Part shown: positions 26,266 to 35,553 of the stretch, in pieces
Position numbering within the stretch: the first letter of the stretch is position 1
Layout: the number at the start of each line of letters is the position of its first letter
Assembly (NCBI GenBank): GCA_031520405.1
Contig: GCA_031520405.1_4842.1
DNA length: 64,000 nt
Direction: 5' to 3' (one strand)
Source: a phage
The notes under the pieces: generated by a model
What the model saw: only the letters and a program-made list of their open reading frames with translations
Database searches by the model: none
What the model was told of the DNA's origin: nothing
Position numbers and translations under genes: made by a program

Positions 26266-27654
26266 TCAGACCTTCTGGGCTTGTCCTTTCTCTGTTGGCG
26301 TCGGGGTTGGGTTAGAAGCCACAGTTTGTCCAGTCTGAAGTGGTAATACCTTCTGGATCATACTGTCTTTGGCAATCTCGGCGACGCATTGATAATCATT
26401 TGTCAGGCGTGAAATCTTATGGCGTATCTTTGTGACAATATAGTGGCCTGATGATAACTTACTTAACTCGGCAATGTTTTCATTAGATTTAGGGCGGTTA
26501 GACAAGTCTTCAATATAATAAACCTGACCAACGTTCAGGCGGTTATCGCCGACGACGAGCAAACGCATAACCGTAGATGCTAGACTGAATTCTATTACGC
26601 GGCGAGCATAATCTATTTGTTCAGCTCCATCTGGTTGTGCCTCGATATAACGAACATTTTCACGATCAAATTGATCTGAGAATAACGGGAACGGGTCAAG
26701 GTGAGCCGTGCTGTCAAACCATTCTGAATAAATGCGTTGGGTCGCTGTCGTGGATTTTGTACTAAAGTCATACACGCGCTCGTTCACTGCCAAGATATCC
26801 CGATAATTCGCCATGTACTGATCACGCGCCAGTTTCTTTTCAGCCTTGATGATAGTCCGCATAAAACGTTCTGAGTTGAAATTGTTATCCTGCATCAACG
26901 GCGCGTCTTGAGGGTCTCGGAAGAATTTCTTTTCAATAGAAGCCTCTTGCTTCTCTTCAGCAGTCATAGACTGGTTGCCCTGGTTGAACAACGTCGTCAT
27001 GCTTTTGAAGTGATAACCCGTAAAGTCTTCATAGAAAACGAATGGCATGAATAATTCGTCATATGCACGGCTGGCCATATAATCTATGGAGCGGAGTACA
27101 GGCCAAAGAGGGGTAGCGAACCTTTCTTGTATCCCATATGAAGGATCTATGTCTTCAAATTTGGTGCGTGAATTCAGTTGCTCAAAGATCTTAGCTGCCA
27201 TCTCAGAATAAGAACCGCTTAATCCAAGAGATTTACGCAACATGCTATCTCGATACGCGTCTGTTGTCACCAAGTGTAACCAGAATGCCTTTTTCGAAGA
27301 AGAGTTCGATTCATCAGCAACTCTCCCTACCCGACTGACTCGCAATGAAAGCGTAGTGTAATCAGAAGCTGCAGGCGATTTGAACGATACCACTACTTCC
27401 TCACCTCCGAGGATTGGCATTGTATCCAATATATCCCAGCCTTCTTTGATCAGAATATTAGCTGTCAGCGACGGTGAAGCATTCCCTTCCAGACCAAGAT
27501 CCTGATATACGTTGAATTCTTGAAACAACGATGAAAGGTCATAAGGCTTGGGAGTACCGCCTTCAGGCGTGTGTGGTAATATCGCCATATATTTCAAATC
27601 AAATGTTGTGGACGGAGTTAAAATTCCGTCCTGGGATTCTTTATTTTCGATCAT
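26266..27654 (-). CDS. baseplate structural protein (gp27-like by position)
   Basis: 462-aa ORF immediately upstream of the tape-measure gene in the same operon; assignment by synteny only. Confidence 0.4.
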   Translation of the reverse strand: MIENKESQDGILTPSTTFDLKYMAILPHTPEGGTPKPYDLSSLFQEFNVYQDLGLEGNASPSLTANILIKEGWDILDTMPILGGEEVVVSFKSPAASDYTTLSLRVSRVGRVADESNSSSKKAFWLHLVTTDAYRDSMLRKSLGLSGSYSEMAAKIFEQLNSRTKFEDIDPSYGIQERFATPLWPVLRSIDYMASRAYDELFMPFVFYEDFTGYHFKSMTTLFNQGNQSMTAEEKQEASIEKKFFRDPQDAPLMQDNNFNSERFMRTIIKAEKKLARDQYMANYRDILAVNERVYDFSTKSTTATQRIYSEWFDSTAHLDPFPLFSDQFDRENVRYIEAQPDGAEQIDYARRVIEFSLASTVMRLLVVGDNRLNVGQVYYIEDLSNRPKSNENIAELSKLSSGHYIVTKIRHKISRLTNDYQCVAEIAKDSMIQKVLPLQTGQTVASNPTPTPTEKGQAQKV

Positions 27655-28208
27655 TTTGTCAGCTCCTGTTCCAGCTGATTAACAAAGGAAGAAACATAAT
27701 CTGGGTCTAGAACCTGAATATTCCGTTTGGCTTCGTTTTTGTTTATAGCATCATCATGATATGTAATACCTGTCAGGCCATAGTTGGCGATAATCGTGGA
27801 ATCATCCATAGAACCAAGGCCATATGCTAAACGTATTGCTCTAGGATCTGTTTCATGACCGAATTCGTCAACATAGTATTTCACATCCCACATTCCGTCA
27901 AGGCCGTATCGAGCAGTCAGTTCTTCAATGATACGGCGCTCCGGTTTCGGCCAGTCCTCTACGATGTCCATGATACCATTGATAAGACATGGGATCCAAA
28001 ACAGCTCGAAGGAACCGTAGACGCGTTCGGCAAAAGACCTTGGGGTTTCCCCATCAAAAACAGTATACGGCAGGAGAAGCCCTTCTATGTCCCTAATTTT
28101 CTTAACAACCATAACCCGTCGTGTTAAGTTCTGCAACAGGACTTGGTCATCCTCCTTGACACCAATTAGTTGATGCCACACGAGTGGAAATTTCTCAAAA
28201 TATTTCAT
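27651..28208 (-). CDS. baseplate-associated hypothetical protein
   Basis: 185-aa ORF with AAGGAG RBS inside the baseplate operon. Confidence 0.4.
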   Translation of the reverse strand: MKYFEKFPLVWHQLIGVKEDDQVLLQNLTRRVMVVKKIRDIEGLLLPYTVFDGETPRSFAERVYGSFELFWIPCLINGIMDIVEDWPKPERRIIEELTARYGLDGMWDVKYYVDEFGHETDPRAIRLAYGLGSMDDSTIIANYGLTGITYHDDAINKNEAKRNIQVLDPDYVSSFVNQLEQELTK

Positions 28209-28220
28209 GGCATCTTCTCC

Positions 28221-29189
28221 TTAAAAGCTGTCGCCTTCGGTATCAAAGCGGCCTTTGTGCAACGGTTCTAGTTCTATAAACGTCATGTCGATTTGTGTCG
28301 ACACGATGCTGTCATCTTTGTGTACAGCATATGAAGAGTCAGGCGTCTCGTTGACAAACATATTTGATAGGACGCAAGTCGATATCCGATGCAACCATTT
28401 GTTGCGTTCTCCCTGGACCATGAACGTGATATCAAACGTGGATGGATGAAGATAGAATGCGCTGGAATTCTTGTTGTATTTGTATTCTGGATACATGTGC
28501 ATCTTGAATAAACGGATAATCTCCCGCACCATTTTCGCCTCTTTTTGCGATCTTGGAGTGAATTTGAATGTGAACGGGATTTCTCGGTTGCGCACCCCTT
28601 GGAAAATCATTTCCACATACGGGTTGGTCATCGTACCTGTAAACAATTCTAATGTATCATGAGCATTAATTGTCGGCAAGAAAGGAATTGCTTCCGAAGC
28701 AGATTGAATGGCCTTTGTTGCCGCAAATCTCCCCATTTCTTTCCCAACATTCAAAGCATCCCCAAGTTTGAATTGACTCATATCTTGGGCGGCGCGTGAT
28801 AAGAATTGGGCACCCATACCTGCTAATCCCAACTCGGAGCCGTTCCAGCCAACGCCATAGTTGGTTGTAATGGATTCGGGCATACACAACACAATTGACT
28901 CGTTAGAGCGGACATGACGCACCCAAGCATATTTGCTAATAGAACCCGATTTAGAACCATAAACCACAGGAGTCTTACCCAATGGATTTTGTATCGGATT
29001 TTCGACGGTTTGGGTTGTGGTGTCCCCATATGAAGAACCAGATATTCGGTTGATGTTGAATAGAACATAATGACCGAGGGTTTTACCCCCTGTTATGTCT
29101 AATGGATAGACCAATTGCTTCTGAGACTTGGCCAAGCCTTTTGTGTTCAGAACTTTGATCTTATCGATGGTCGACTTGAAATTCGCCAT
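28221..29189 (-). CDS. baseplate tail-tube initiator/cap-like protein (gp48/gp54 family?)
   Basis: First gene of the minus-strand baseplate operon; beta-rich with FTFKFTP-type segment reminiscent of tail-tube-fold proteins. Confidence 0.4.
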   Translation of the reverse strand: MANFKSTIDKIKVLNTKGLAKSQKQLVYPLDITGGKTLGHYVLFNINRISGSSYGDTTTQTVENPIQNPLGKTPVVYGSKSGSISKYAWVRHVRSNESIVLCMPESITTNYGVGWNGSELGLAGMGAQFLSRAAQDMSQFKLGDALNVGKEMGRFAATKAIQSASEAIPFLPTINAHDTLELFTGTMTNPYVEMIFQGVRNREIPFTFKFTPRSQKEAKMVREIIRLFKMHMYPEYKYNKNSSAFYLHPSTFDITFMVQGERNKWLHRISTCVLSNMFVNETPDSSYAVHKDDSIVSTQIDMTFIELEPLHKGRFDTEGDSF

Positions 29190-29242
29190 GGTCTGAAGCC
29201 CTTTAATTAGAATAGAGTGATGACACTATTTAGGACTAGAAT

Positions 29243-29983
29243 ATGGCTATGTATCTCGTATACCAAATTACCAATCTGATAAACAATAAAATATATGTTG
29301 GGGTTCACAAAGGAACTCCAGATGATGGTTATATGGGTTCTGGCCGAGTTATAACAAGAGCGATATTGAAATATGGTGTTGAGAATTTCCGCAAAGATAT
29401 ATTGAAAGTTTGTAAAACATCAGAAGAAATGTATGAAGAAGAATTCAGGATAGTGAATCAAGAATTTATAGATAGAGATGACACATATAATTTAACATGC
29501 GGTGGGCGTGGTTCATTTACGCACATAAATTCGGATCCATTAATCAGGGCCAACGCTTCGGAGAAGGCTCTCAAAACCCTAAGTTTAAAATCAAAAGACG
29601 AATTACAAAGAATTTACAAATCTAGGGGATTTCCTGGAGAAAGAAATTTTTGGTTTGGTAAAAACAGGTCCGGTGAAAATAACCCAAGATTTGGCTGTGT
29701 AATGGAACAAGAAACAAAGGACAAAATAAGAAATTCCAACAAGAAAAGAGTGGAATCCGGCCTCGTGGATTATTCTAATTGCAAAGGGCCAATCACAAAA
29801 GAAGGGAAGAACGCAATATCCCAAGCAAACTCCAGAGAATTCAAATTTGTTAATCCAGAAGGAAATTTGGTCACAGTTATCAACCTTTCTAAATTCTGTA
29901 AAGAAAATGAGTTGAGCGAAGGATCTATGAGACATGTCCATAACGGCCGAAACATACAACATAAAGGTTGGAGGAAAGCATAA
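29243..29983 (+). CDS. GIY-YIG homing endonuclease (Seg/Tev-like)
   Basis: N-terminal YLVYQITNLINNKIYVGVHKG (GIY...YIG), conserved R and NLTCGG, basic C-terminal DNA-binding region. Confidence 0.7.
   Translation: MAMYLVYQITNLINNKIYVGVHKGTPDDGYMGSGRVITRAILKYGVENFRKDILKVCKTSEEMYEEEFRIVNQEFIDRDDTYNLTCGGRGSFTHINSDPLIRANASEKALKTLSLKSKDELQRIYKSRGFPGERNFWFGKNRSGENNPRFGCVMEQETKDKIRNSNKKRVESGLVDYSNCKGPITKEGKNAISQANSREFKFVNPEGNLVTVINLSKFCKENELSEGSMRHVHNGRNIQHKGWRKA
29243..29983 (+). mobile_element. free-standing homing endonuclease gene
   Basis: GIY-YIG endonuclease ORF sits on the opposite strand between the baseplate operon and a gp4-like gene, typical of HEG insertions in T4-like phages. Confidence 0.5.
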
Positions 29984-30603
29984 TGGCATCGTATTTACAA
30001 GGAAAATTTATTCCCAACAATCCTCAAAAATATGTCGGAGACGTAAAAGATATCGTGTTTCGTTCCTCTTTAGAATTGGTTGCATTCAAATTCTGTGACA
30101 TGAATCCTGCTATCGTGAAGTGGGGTTCGGAAACTTGTGTAATCCCTTACATATCTCCGGTTGATGGCCGCGCCCATCGTTATTTCATGGATTTGAAGGT
30201 TTGGACTCGTCGGCAGGATTCTGATGAATTACAAATTACTCTTATTGAAATAAAACCCAAAGACCAGATTAAAGAACCTCGCAAAACTAAAACGATGAAG
30301 GAATCAACATTCAATAATTCAATGCGCACTTGGTTGGTAAATCAGGCAAAGTGGACAGCAACTAAAGAACATTGCGCAAAGGTAGGTTGGAAATTCATTA
30401 TCTGGACAGAAGAACATTTGGTGCCAGGTGAAGACCCAGAAGTTAAAAAACAATTTGCTCTTCGTTCTAAGAAAAAGCGCGAAGTCGAAATGGAAGATCG
30501 ACGCCGCGCTCAAAGGATTAATGCGTTGAAAGAGCAAATGAAGAAGGAAACTGCTAATAAACAACCAACGCAATCGGAAGATGATGGTTTGTTATTACCC
30601 TGA
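29983..30603 (+). CDS. PD-(D/E)XK-like protein, possibly gp4-like head completion protein
   Basis: YVGDVKDIVFRSS...IPYISPVDGRAHRYFMDLKVW...IEIKPK gives a D...E.K nuclease-fold pattern; GGAGGAAAG RBS; basic C-terminal tail. Confidence 0.4.
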   Translation: MASYLQGKFIPNNPQKYVGDVKDIVFRSSLELVAFKFCDMNPAIVKWGSETCVIPYISPVDGRAHRYFMDLKVWTRRQDSDELQITLIEIKPKDQIKEPRKTKTMKESTFNNSMRTWLVNQAKWTATKEHCAKVGWKFIIWTEEHLVPGEDPEVKKQFALRSKKKREVEMEDRRRAQRINALKEQMKKETANKQPTQSEDDGLLLP

Positions 30604-30813
30604 TTTCCTTGGATGTCCAGGGGCAAAGCAAGTTTGTTTGTCCCTGCATATCATCCACCCATCAGCACGGGCTTGTCTAGCACAGTCTCCCCAAGATTCA
30701 CCAGCATAAGACTTCATCCCACATCTGGGGTGATGTTCTTGCCAAGCCCAATTACAAGATTTGCATTCAACACACTCACAATACAAATCGACGGTGTATC
30801 CTGCAGTAATCAT
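30595..30813 (-). CDS. small Cys-rich protein (72 aa)
   Basis: Nine cysteines including CECVECKSC; possible zinc-binding protein. Confidence 0.35.
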   Translation of the reverse strand: MITAGYTVDLYCECVECKSCNWAWQEHHPRCGMKSYAGESWGDCARQARADGWMICRDKQTCFAPGHPRKSG

Positions 30814-31221
30814 TTAGTCACCCAGATGATCATAAATTTTTTGACGGAATTCGTTCCCTTTAGCACAACCTGTAGCCAACAGGCGAGTACCGCCCGTACC
30901 AATAACACTAATGGTCGAAAACTTCAGGATACGGCCTGTAATAGACTGGTCCACCTTAATGGTTTCTACTTTACCAAGACGGAGTTCATCAGCATCACGA
31001 CGAATAAATCCCCGTTTGACAATAACACGCTTGTTGGTGACTGCGAATTCAGTTGTCAATACATTTAAAATTGTTGGTATCAGAAATAACAAGCTGAATC
31101 CAAATGTTGGGATAATCGTTAAAATAACCAGAACATAAATCCAAAAACCGCTCCACCAAGTCGGGCGGGTGAAAGCGATGACATGTTCATTTTCGCCGAG
31201 CATGCGGTCTACATAACGCAT
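30814..31221 (-). CDS. membrane protein with bacterial PH-like (DUF304-type) domain
   Basis: Two N-terminal TM helices followed by a VTNKRVIVKRGFIRR segment typical of bPH_2 domains. Confidence 0.45.
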   Translation of the reverse strand: MRYVDRMLGENEHVIAFTRPTWWSGFWIYVLVILTIIPTFGFSLLFLIPTILNVLTTEFAVTNKRVIVKRGFIRRDADELRLGKVETIKVDQSITGRILKFSTISVIGTGGTRLLATGCAKGNEFRQKIYDHLGD

Positions 31222-31222
31222 T

Positions 31223-31744
31223 TTAATTCCTTACTTTGTCTGGGTTGGATAAGATTTGTTCGTATCCGACTTCGCCTTGATCGTCGAAAACATGCTGAAG
31301 AATCGCCATATCGTCTACCATCCGATAAACTTCAATTCCAGCGTTCATCAATTTTTTGATTCCATCCATGATACGATATGGCTCTTGATAATATACTTTA
31401 TCGATCTTGCCGTTGTCGATGATCTTCTGAGTGCAATCAGGGCATGGGCTATGTGTCACAAACATAACCAACCCTGTGAAATCATCTGCATTTTCGGGGA
31501 TACGCATTAGAGCATTTTCCTCCGCATGAATGACACACGGGTTTGTAACAATTTGCCCGTGTTGTTCCATCTCACAAACATTCGGCATGCCAGGAGGCGT
31601 TCCGTTCCATCCGATAGCCACAGGCTGATCAGTTTCAGGGTTTACGATAACACAACCGACTTGCAGACGCCGAGCATAACTGGTTACACCATATGCTGCA
31701 GCTGATCGCATATGGGCGAACATCATTCGTGGTTTGATAGCCAT
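31223..31744 (-). CDS. cd: dCMP deaminase
   Basis: Zinc-binding deaminase motifs HAEENAL and SPCPDC; 173 aa. Confidence 0.8.
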   Translation of the reverse strand: MAIKPRMMFAHMRSAAAYGVTSYARRLQVGCVIVNPETDQPVAIGWNGTPPGMPNVCEMEQHGQIVTNPCVIHAEENALMRIPENADDFTGLVMFVTHSPCPDCTQKIIDNGKIDKVYYQEPYRIMDGIKKLMNAGIEVYRMVDDMAILQHVFDDQGEVGYEQILSNPDKVRN

Positions 31745-32061
31745 TATTTTACCAGAGCCTTTTCAAGTAAAAAGATCATGTCATCCTGGTCGGCGCGGCC
31801 AAAGATCTGACCGAGTGACACCATGGAATGAACCTCTTTGACAATCAGGTCTTTGCCTGTTACACCGCTGCTGTCCAATTCGAGAATTGTAGACATGCGC
31901 TCAACCATATGAGGTGGATGATTGATATAACGTTGAAGATACTTTTCACGCAACGCAATTTTTTCGATAAGATCTGACATTTCTGCATTCTCTTCTGAAT
32001 ACAGACGTTCTTTAGATTTCAGTTCTTCGAGGCGTTCGTACATTTCTTTTAATGAAATCAT
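31744..32061 (-). CDS. hypothetical protein (105 aa)
   Basis: Start moved to the ATG with GGGAG RBS (MISLKEMY...), just downstream of a hairpin. Confidence 0.45.
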   Translation of the reverse strand: MISLKEMYERLEELKSKERLYSEENAEMSDLIEKIALREKYLQRYINHPPHMVERMSTILELDSSGVTGKDLIVKEVHSMVSLGQIFGRADQDDMIFLLEKALVK

Positions 32062-32082
32062 GTTTGTCTCTCCCAATAAATT

Positions 32083-32105
32083 AAGGGGAAGTATACCTTC
32101 CCCTT
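32083..32105 (-). terminator. hairpin terminator-like element
   Basis: aaggggaag tatac cttcccctt; flanked on the plus strand by CTTCAATAA. Confidence 0.45.
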
Positions 32106-32124
32106 TCTTCAATAACCTAAAATA

Positions 32125-32475
32125 TTATTCAGTACATGCTTTACCGAGGTCTGTAAGCCTATAGAATGTTACTTCAGACTTCGGCCAATGCTTATACTCT
32201 TCAGAGTTGTCATGAACCATTGTAAACGCAGGTTCTATCAGACCTTTAGACAACAAGGATTGACCTGAACGCGTATCCCATGGATCACCCTTTACAGAAC
32301 GAAACCCGCCAGATATCGGTGGCGCATGAAAAGTCCAAACCGTTTTCCCTTTATCGTTCGTCCAAGATTTGGGATTCAAATACCAATGACAAAGGCGTCT
32401 GGCTTCACCTTTTTCAAAATTCAACATTCCTAAAAGGACGCAGAGTTGATGTCCTGTGATGCGTGGCTTTTTCAT
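32125..32475 (-). CDS. hypothetical protein (116 aa)
   Basis: ORF from track. Confidence 0.5.
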   Translation of the reverse strand: MKKPRITGHQLCVLLGMLNFEKGEARRLCHWYLNPKSWTNDKGKTVWTFHAPPISGGFRSVKGDPWDTRSGQSLLSKGLIEPAFTMVHDNSEEYKHWPKSEVTFYRLTDLGKACTE

Positions 32476-32804
32476 AAGATCCCCAAGTCAGTAAGGTAAC
32501 GATAAAACAAGATTATAGACAGAAATACAATTAACACCCAAGACGACAGGATGGGCTTGCAATTTAGCGTAGTCTTTCCATTGGGTATGTTGGGACTTCC
32601 AGTAATAACAACCGAATCCGTTTTAGCTCTCAGCGTCATGACAGAACCCATGAGGATGATTGGGCGCACATAATGCCCTTCATGATTGCGCTTCACGATA
32701 CATGGTGAAGAAAATCGCAGGAACGGATCACCGCTTTTATAACCAAATAACTCGACCTTTTGTATTTCTTCGGGTACTTTCTGACCAGGAAAGAATATTC
32801 TCAT
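32472..32804 (-). CDS. hypothetical protein (110 aa)
   Basis: ORF from track, overlapping start/stop with neighbours. Confidence 0.45.
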
Positions 32805-33361
32805 AGCACAATTCCTAAATTTGTGTATAACAACTCAGCCAGGGTTACAGGACGCTTGAATTGTTCCCAACTGCAGTTCAGGTATTCGCGCTCTTCGCGA
32901 ATATTTTCGTGAAGATGACCATGGATATTATACGCCCAACGGTCTAATTGATAAGGAACATGTGTTGTCAACACACGGCCAACAGGCGTGTCACGTTCAT
33001 ACATAGCGCCGAAGGAGCTAATCCAGCCGTCCAGATACAGAGACAACAACATCTTAAAGCTGTCATGGTTGCCTTGTGCCACCTTGATGATAAAGTTCGG
33101 ACGCCAGTCATCGGGAACGGGGCGTCGCTTAAACTCATCAATGTTTCGCTTGGCACCCTCCCGCATCAGGCGAATGAACCCTTCAGCCCCGATGAAGCAT
33201 ATATCACCAGCCAGTTCAAGAACGTCCCGAGACTTCAACCCCTGAAAGATACTGTCAATGACCGCAGCGTCATGGGCTTCCTGTGTATCAAATCCACGCG
33301 GTTTAAAGACCTTCTTATGCCCAAGATGAGTGTCACCAAGGTGCTTTACAATTCCCGCCAT
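32801..33361 (-). CDS. calcineurin-like metallophosphoesterase
   Basis: Motifs GDTHLGH (GDxHG), AGDICFIG (GD), GNHD and IHGHLHE (GHxH) in canonical order; 186 aa. Confidence 0.65.
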
Positions 33362-33828
33362 TATGTCCTCTCCTTCTTCACGAGGTTATCATAGGCGTTC
33401 TTCAACATGGCATCCGACCAGCTAGTCCAATTGAACACATTAATCGGACTCACTCCTTTGTATAGTTCTAATATGGTTGGCGAAAGTTTGATTTCTATCG
33501 AGTTGTGGTCTTCACCTTCCACCACCGTTAACCAGAACAAATCTTTATCCAACAATTTGTGAGCAACGTGTACGTACTTGGATGCAGTTTCATCACACCA
33601 TTGTTCCAGGATTGAATACAATTCCCTTTCTATCCTCATGCGGGTCTCTGAAGAATTCGGGGTTCCGTAATAAGGGGAATTGGAATGATATGCCGTGGCT
33701 TCCTGTAAGCGTGACACCAATGGTATAGCAAAGCCAGCCTGGAACATATATTTCCAATGACTTTCAAGGGTGGAGATGATCTCGTCTCTTTCGACCTGCG
33801 ATAAGCGCATTATGGTTTCCTCAGCCAT
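33361..33828 (-). CDS. hypothetical protein (155 aa)
   Basis: ORF from track. Confidence 0.45.
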
Positions 33829-34151
33829 TCTAAAATCGGCACGTTCACAAACCCTTTATGCCAACGATGCGGTTTGTGACCTCTATTATGTTCGAGCAAA
33901 CACGTGTCTGGTGGGACACTGAAGTGGATGCCGTCGATGTCGTAGTAATGTCCGTCAATCAGAGTATACACATGACCTTCGATCTGGCTGTAATGGATCT
34001 CTGCTTGAGGATACACATGCTTCAGAACCAGAGCAACCTGATAGCACTTTCCGTTCTTCCCAACATACTCAACATCCACCTGTTGTGGGAAGACGTCTTT
34101 GATAAGATTTATCAATCTCGTGATGTCATTTACAACAACTGAACGTTTCAT
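33810..34151 (-). CDS. hypothetical protein (113 aa)
   Basis: ORF from track; His-rich. Confidence 0.45.
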   Translation of the reverse strand: MKRSVVVNDITRLINLIKDVFPQQVDVEYVGKNGKCYQVALVLKHVYPQAEIHYSQIEGHVYTLIDGHYYDIDGIHFSVPPDTCLLEHNRGHKPHRWHKGFVNVPILEWLRKP

Positions 34152-34153
34152 CT

Positions 34154-34816
34154 CTATGATAACTCATGGCGATGTCGAACACACGCAGGGCAATCACAAT
34201 TCTTTTTCAAAATTGGCAATTCACACCATGTCATTAAGTCATGTATTGGGGACATGTGATGATAGAACCAAGATTTCTTGAGACTAATCAATGGATATAA
34301 AATTTCAATAGGTCTTTCCCCGTCTCTGGTCATCATGTTGTACCCTTCAATGACTTTATTAAAGGCGGGTATCCAGTGTATTGCGTCATCGCCGTTAACA
34401 TATGCCAATATATACGTGGAAGGCAAGCTCCTGCCTTTAAATTGCGTGTTTAATAACCATATCGGGGCTTGTGCTAAACAAGAGCGAAAACCACCGTTCG
34501 GGACGTTGATGCTACTGATAGGTTCTTGATGATGTGTCCAACGATACATGAGAAGTGGGGCATTTTTATTAATCCAGTTGTGTATTTTATTCCTCGCCCA
34601 ATTTTCGCGCTTAGATTTAAATTTATTATTTTCGAGGTGGCAATACACAGTATGAACTGAATATCCTTTCGATAACAACCAAATCAACATGTATGTGCTA
34701 TCCACCCCACCAGACCAGAACAACGTCACTTCTTGATTATTCTCCGGTAATGGAGCATCCCCTTGAAGAACACGGTATACAAAATCACAATCAGATACTG
34801 AGACAACAATTTCCAT
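34154..34816 (-). CDS. QueC-like PP-loop ATPase with C-terminal zinc ribbon
   Basis: PP-loop LFWSGGVDSTYML (SGGxDS) near the N-terminus and C-terminal C-x8-C-x-C-x2-C followed by R (CELPILKKNCDCPACVRHR), as in QueC; 220 aa. Confidence 0.5.
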   Translation of the reverse strand: MEIVVSVSDCDFVYRVLQGDAPLPENNQEVTLFWSGGVDSTYMLIWLLSKGYSVHTVYCHLENNKFKSKRENWARNKIHNWINKNAPLLMYRWTHHQEPISSINVPNGGFRSCLAQAPIWLLNTQFKGRSLPSTYILAYVNGDDAIHWIPAFNKVIEGYNMMTRDGERPIEILYPLISLKKSWFYHHMSPIHDLMTWCELPILKKNCDCPACVRHRHELS

Positions 34817-35127
34817 TAAAATATTCCTCTTAAAGAATCATTTATCCTGCGCAATTCGTTTTCCACTTTTATCTTCATATTTTTATCGTCGTTCACGAAA
34901 ATCATTTTATCTAAATCTTCGCCATTAATCTTTGTATAAAAATAAATGTCATGCTCAAAGAAAATCGTTTTTCCAACAGAACGCATGGCAAAGAACGTTG
35001 CGATAGTTCTTGATAAAGGTTTGAATTTAATGGCATTGAAACGCAAAGCCTGATAGAGAGGTTTTAATGTTCCTAAGCGAATACAATGCTGGATAATTTC
35101 TTGCTCTTTCATTTTGTTGTGCGCCAT
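34816..35127 (-). CDS. hypothetical protein (start uncertain)
   Basis: Track ORF 34816..35283 trimmed to the first ATG downstream of the hairpin; no clear RBS. Confidence 0.35.
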   Translation of the reverse strand: MAHNKMKEQEIIQHCIRLGTLKPLYQALRFNAIKFKPLSRTIATFFAMRSVGKTIFFEHDIYFYTKINGEDLDKMIFVNDDKNMKIKVENELRRINDSLRGIF

Positions 35128-35159
35128 AAAGATATGATGGTACAATGATAATACATTAT

Positions 35160-35188
35160 ACAAATAGAAAAGCCCCGAAAGGGGCTTA
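35160..35188 (-). terminator. intrinsic terminator (bidirectional-looking)
   Basis: aagcccc gaaa ggggctt hairpin flanked by T-rich tracts on both strands. Confidence 0.5.
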
Positions 35189-35476
35189 TTTGTCTTCAGA
35201 TTCGTACAAACGCCAATTGCCGATGCTAAACCATTCCCCCACATTATTTGAATATCTGGTTGTTCGGACTCCTCCGACTTCATACGCCCATTTGAAGAAT
35301 TTCCATTTGGACGATAAAGAAGGACATTCGCTTCCGGATTTCAAAGAACACGCTGTGAGCCAACGCGTAATACCGAGAGCCTGAAAAATCGGATGGATAA
35401 ATGAAGAATACAATATCCAAAGCGTTATGGTAACAAAAACAATGGTCGTGATCACCCCGACAATTTGAAAGAACAT
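35186..35476 (-). CDS. small membrane protein (96 aa)
   Basis: N-terminal hydrophobic helix VGVITTIVFVTITLWILY. Confidence 0.4.
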   Translation of the reverse strand: MFFQIVGVITTIVFVTITLWILYSSFIHPIFQALGITRWLTACSLKSGSECPSLSSKWKFFKWAYEVGGVRTTRYSNNVGEWFSIGNWRLYESEDK

Positions 35477-35553
35477 TTAAGAACCTCCAAAATATTGAAC
35501 ACAGACTATGAAGAAAACTATGATTGTAAACAACCATGAAAACAAGGAAAGAA

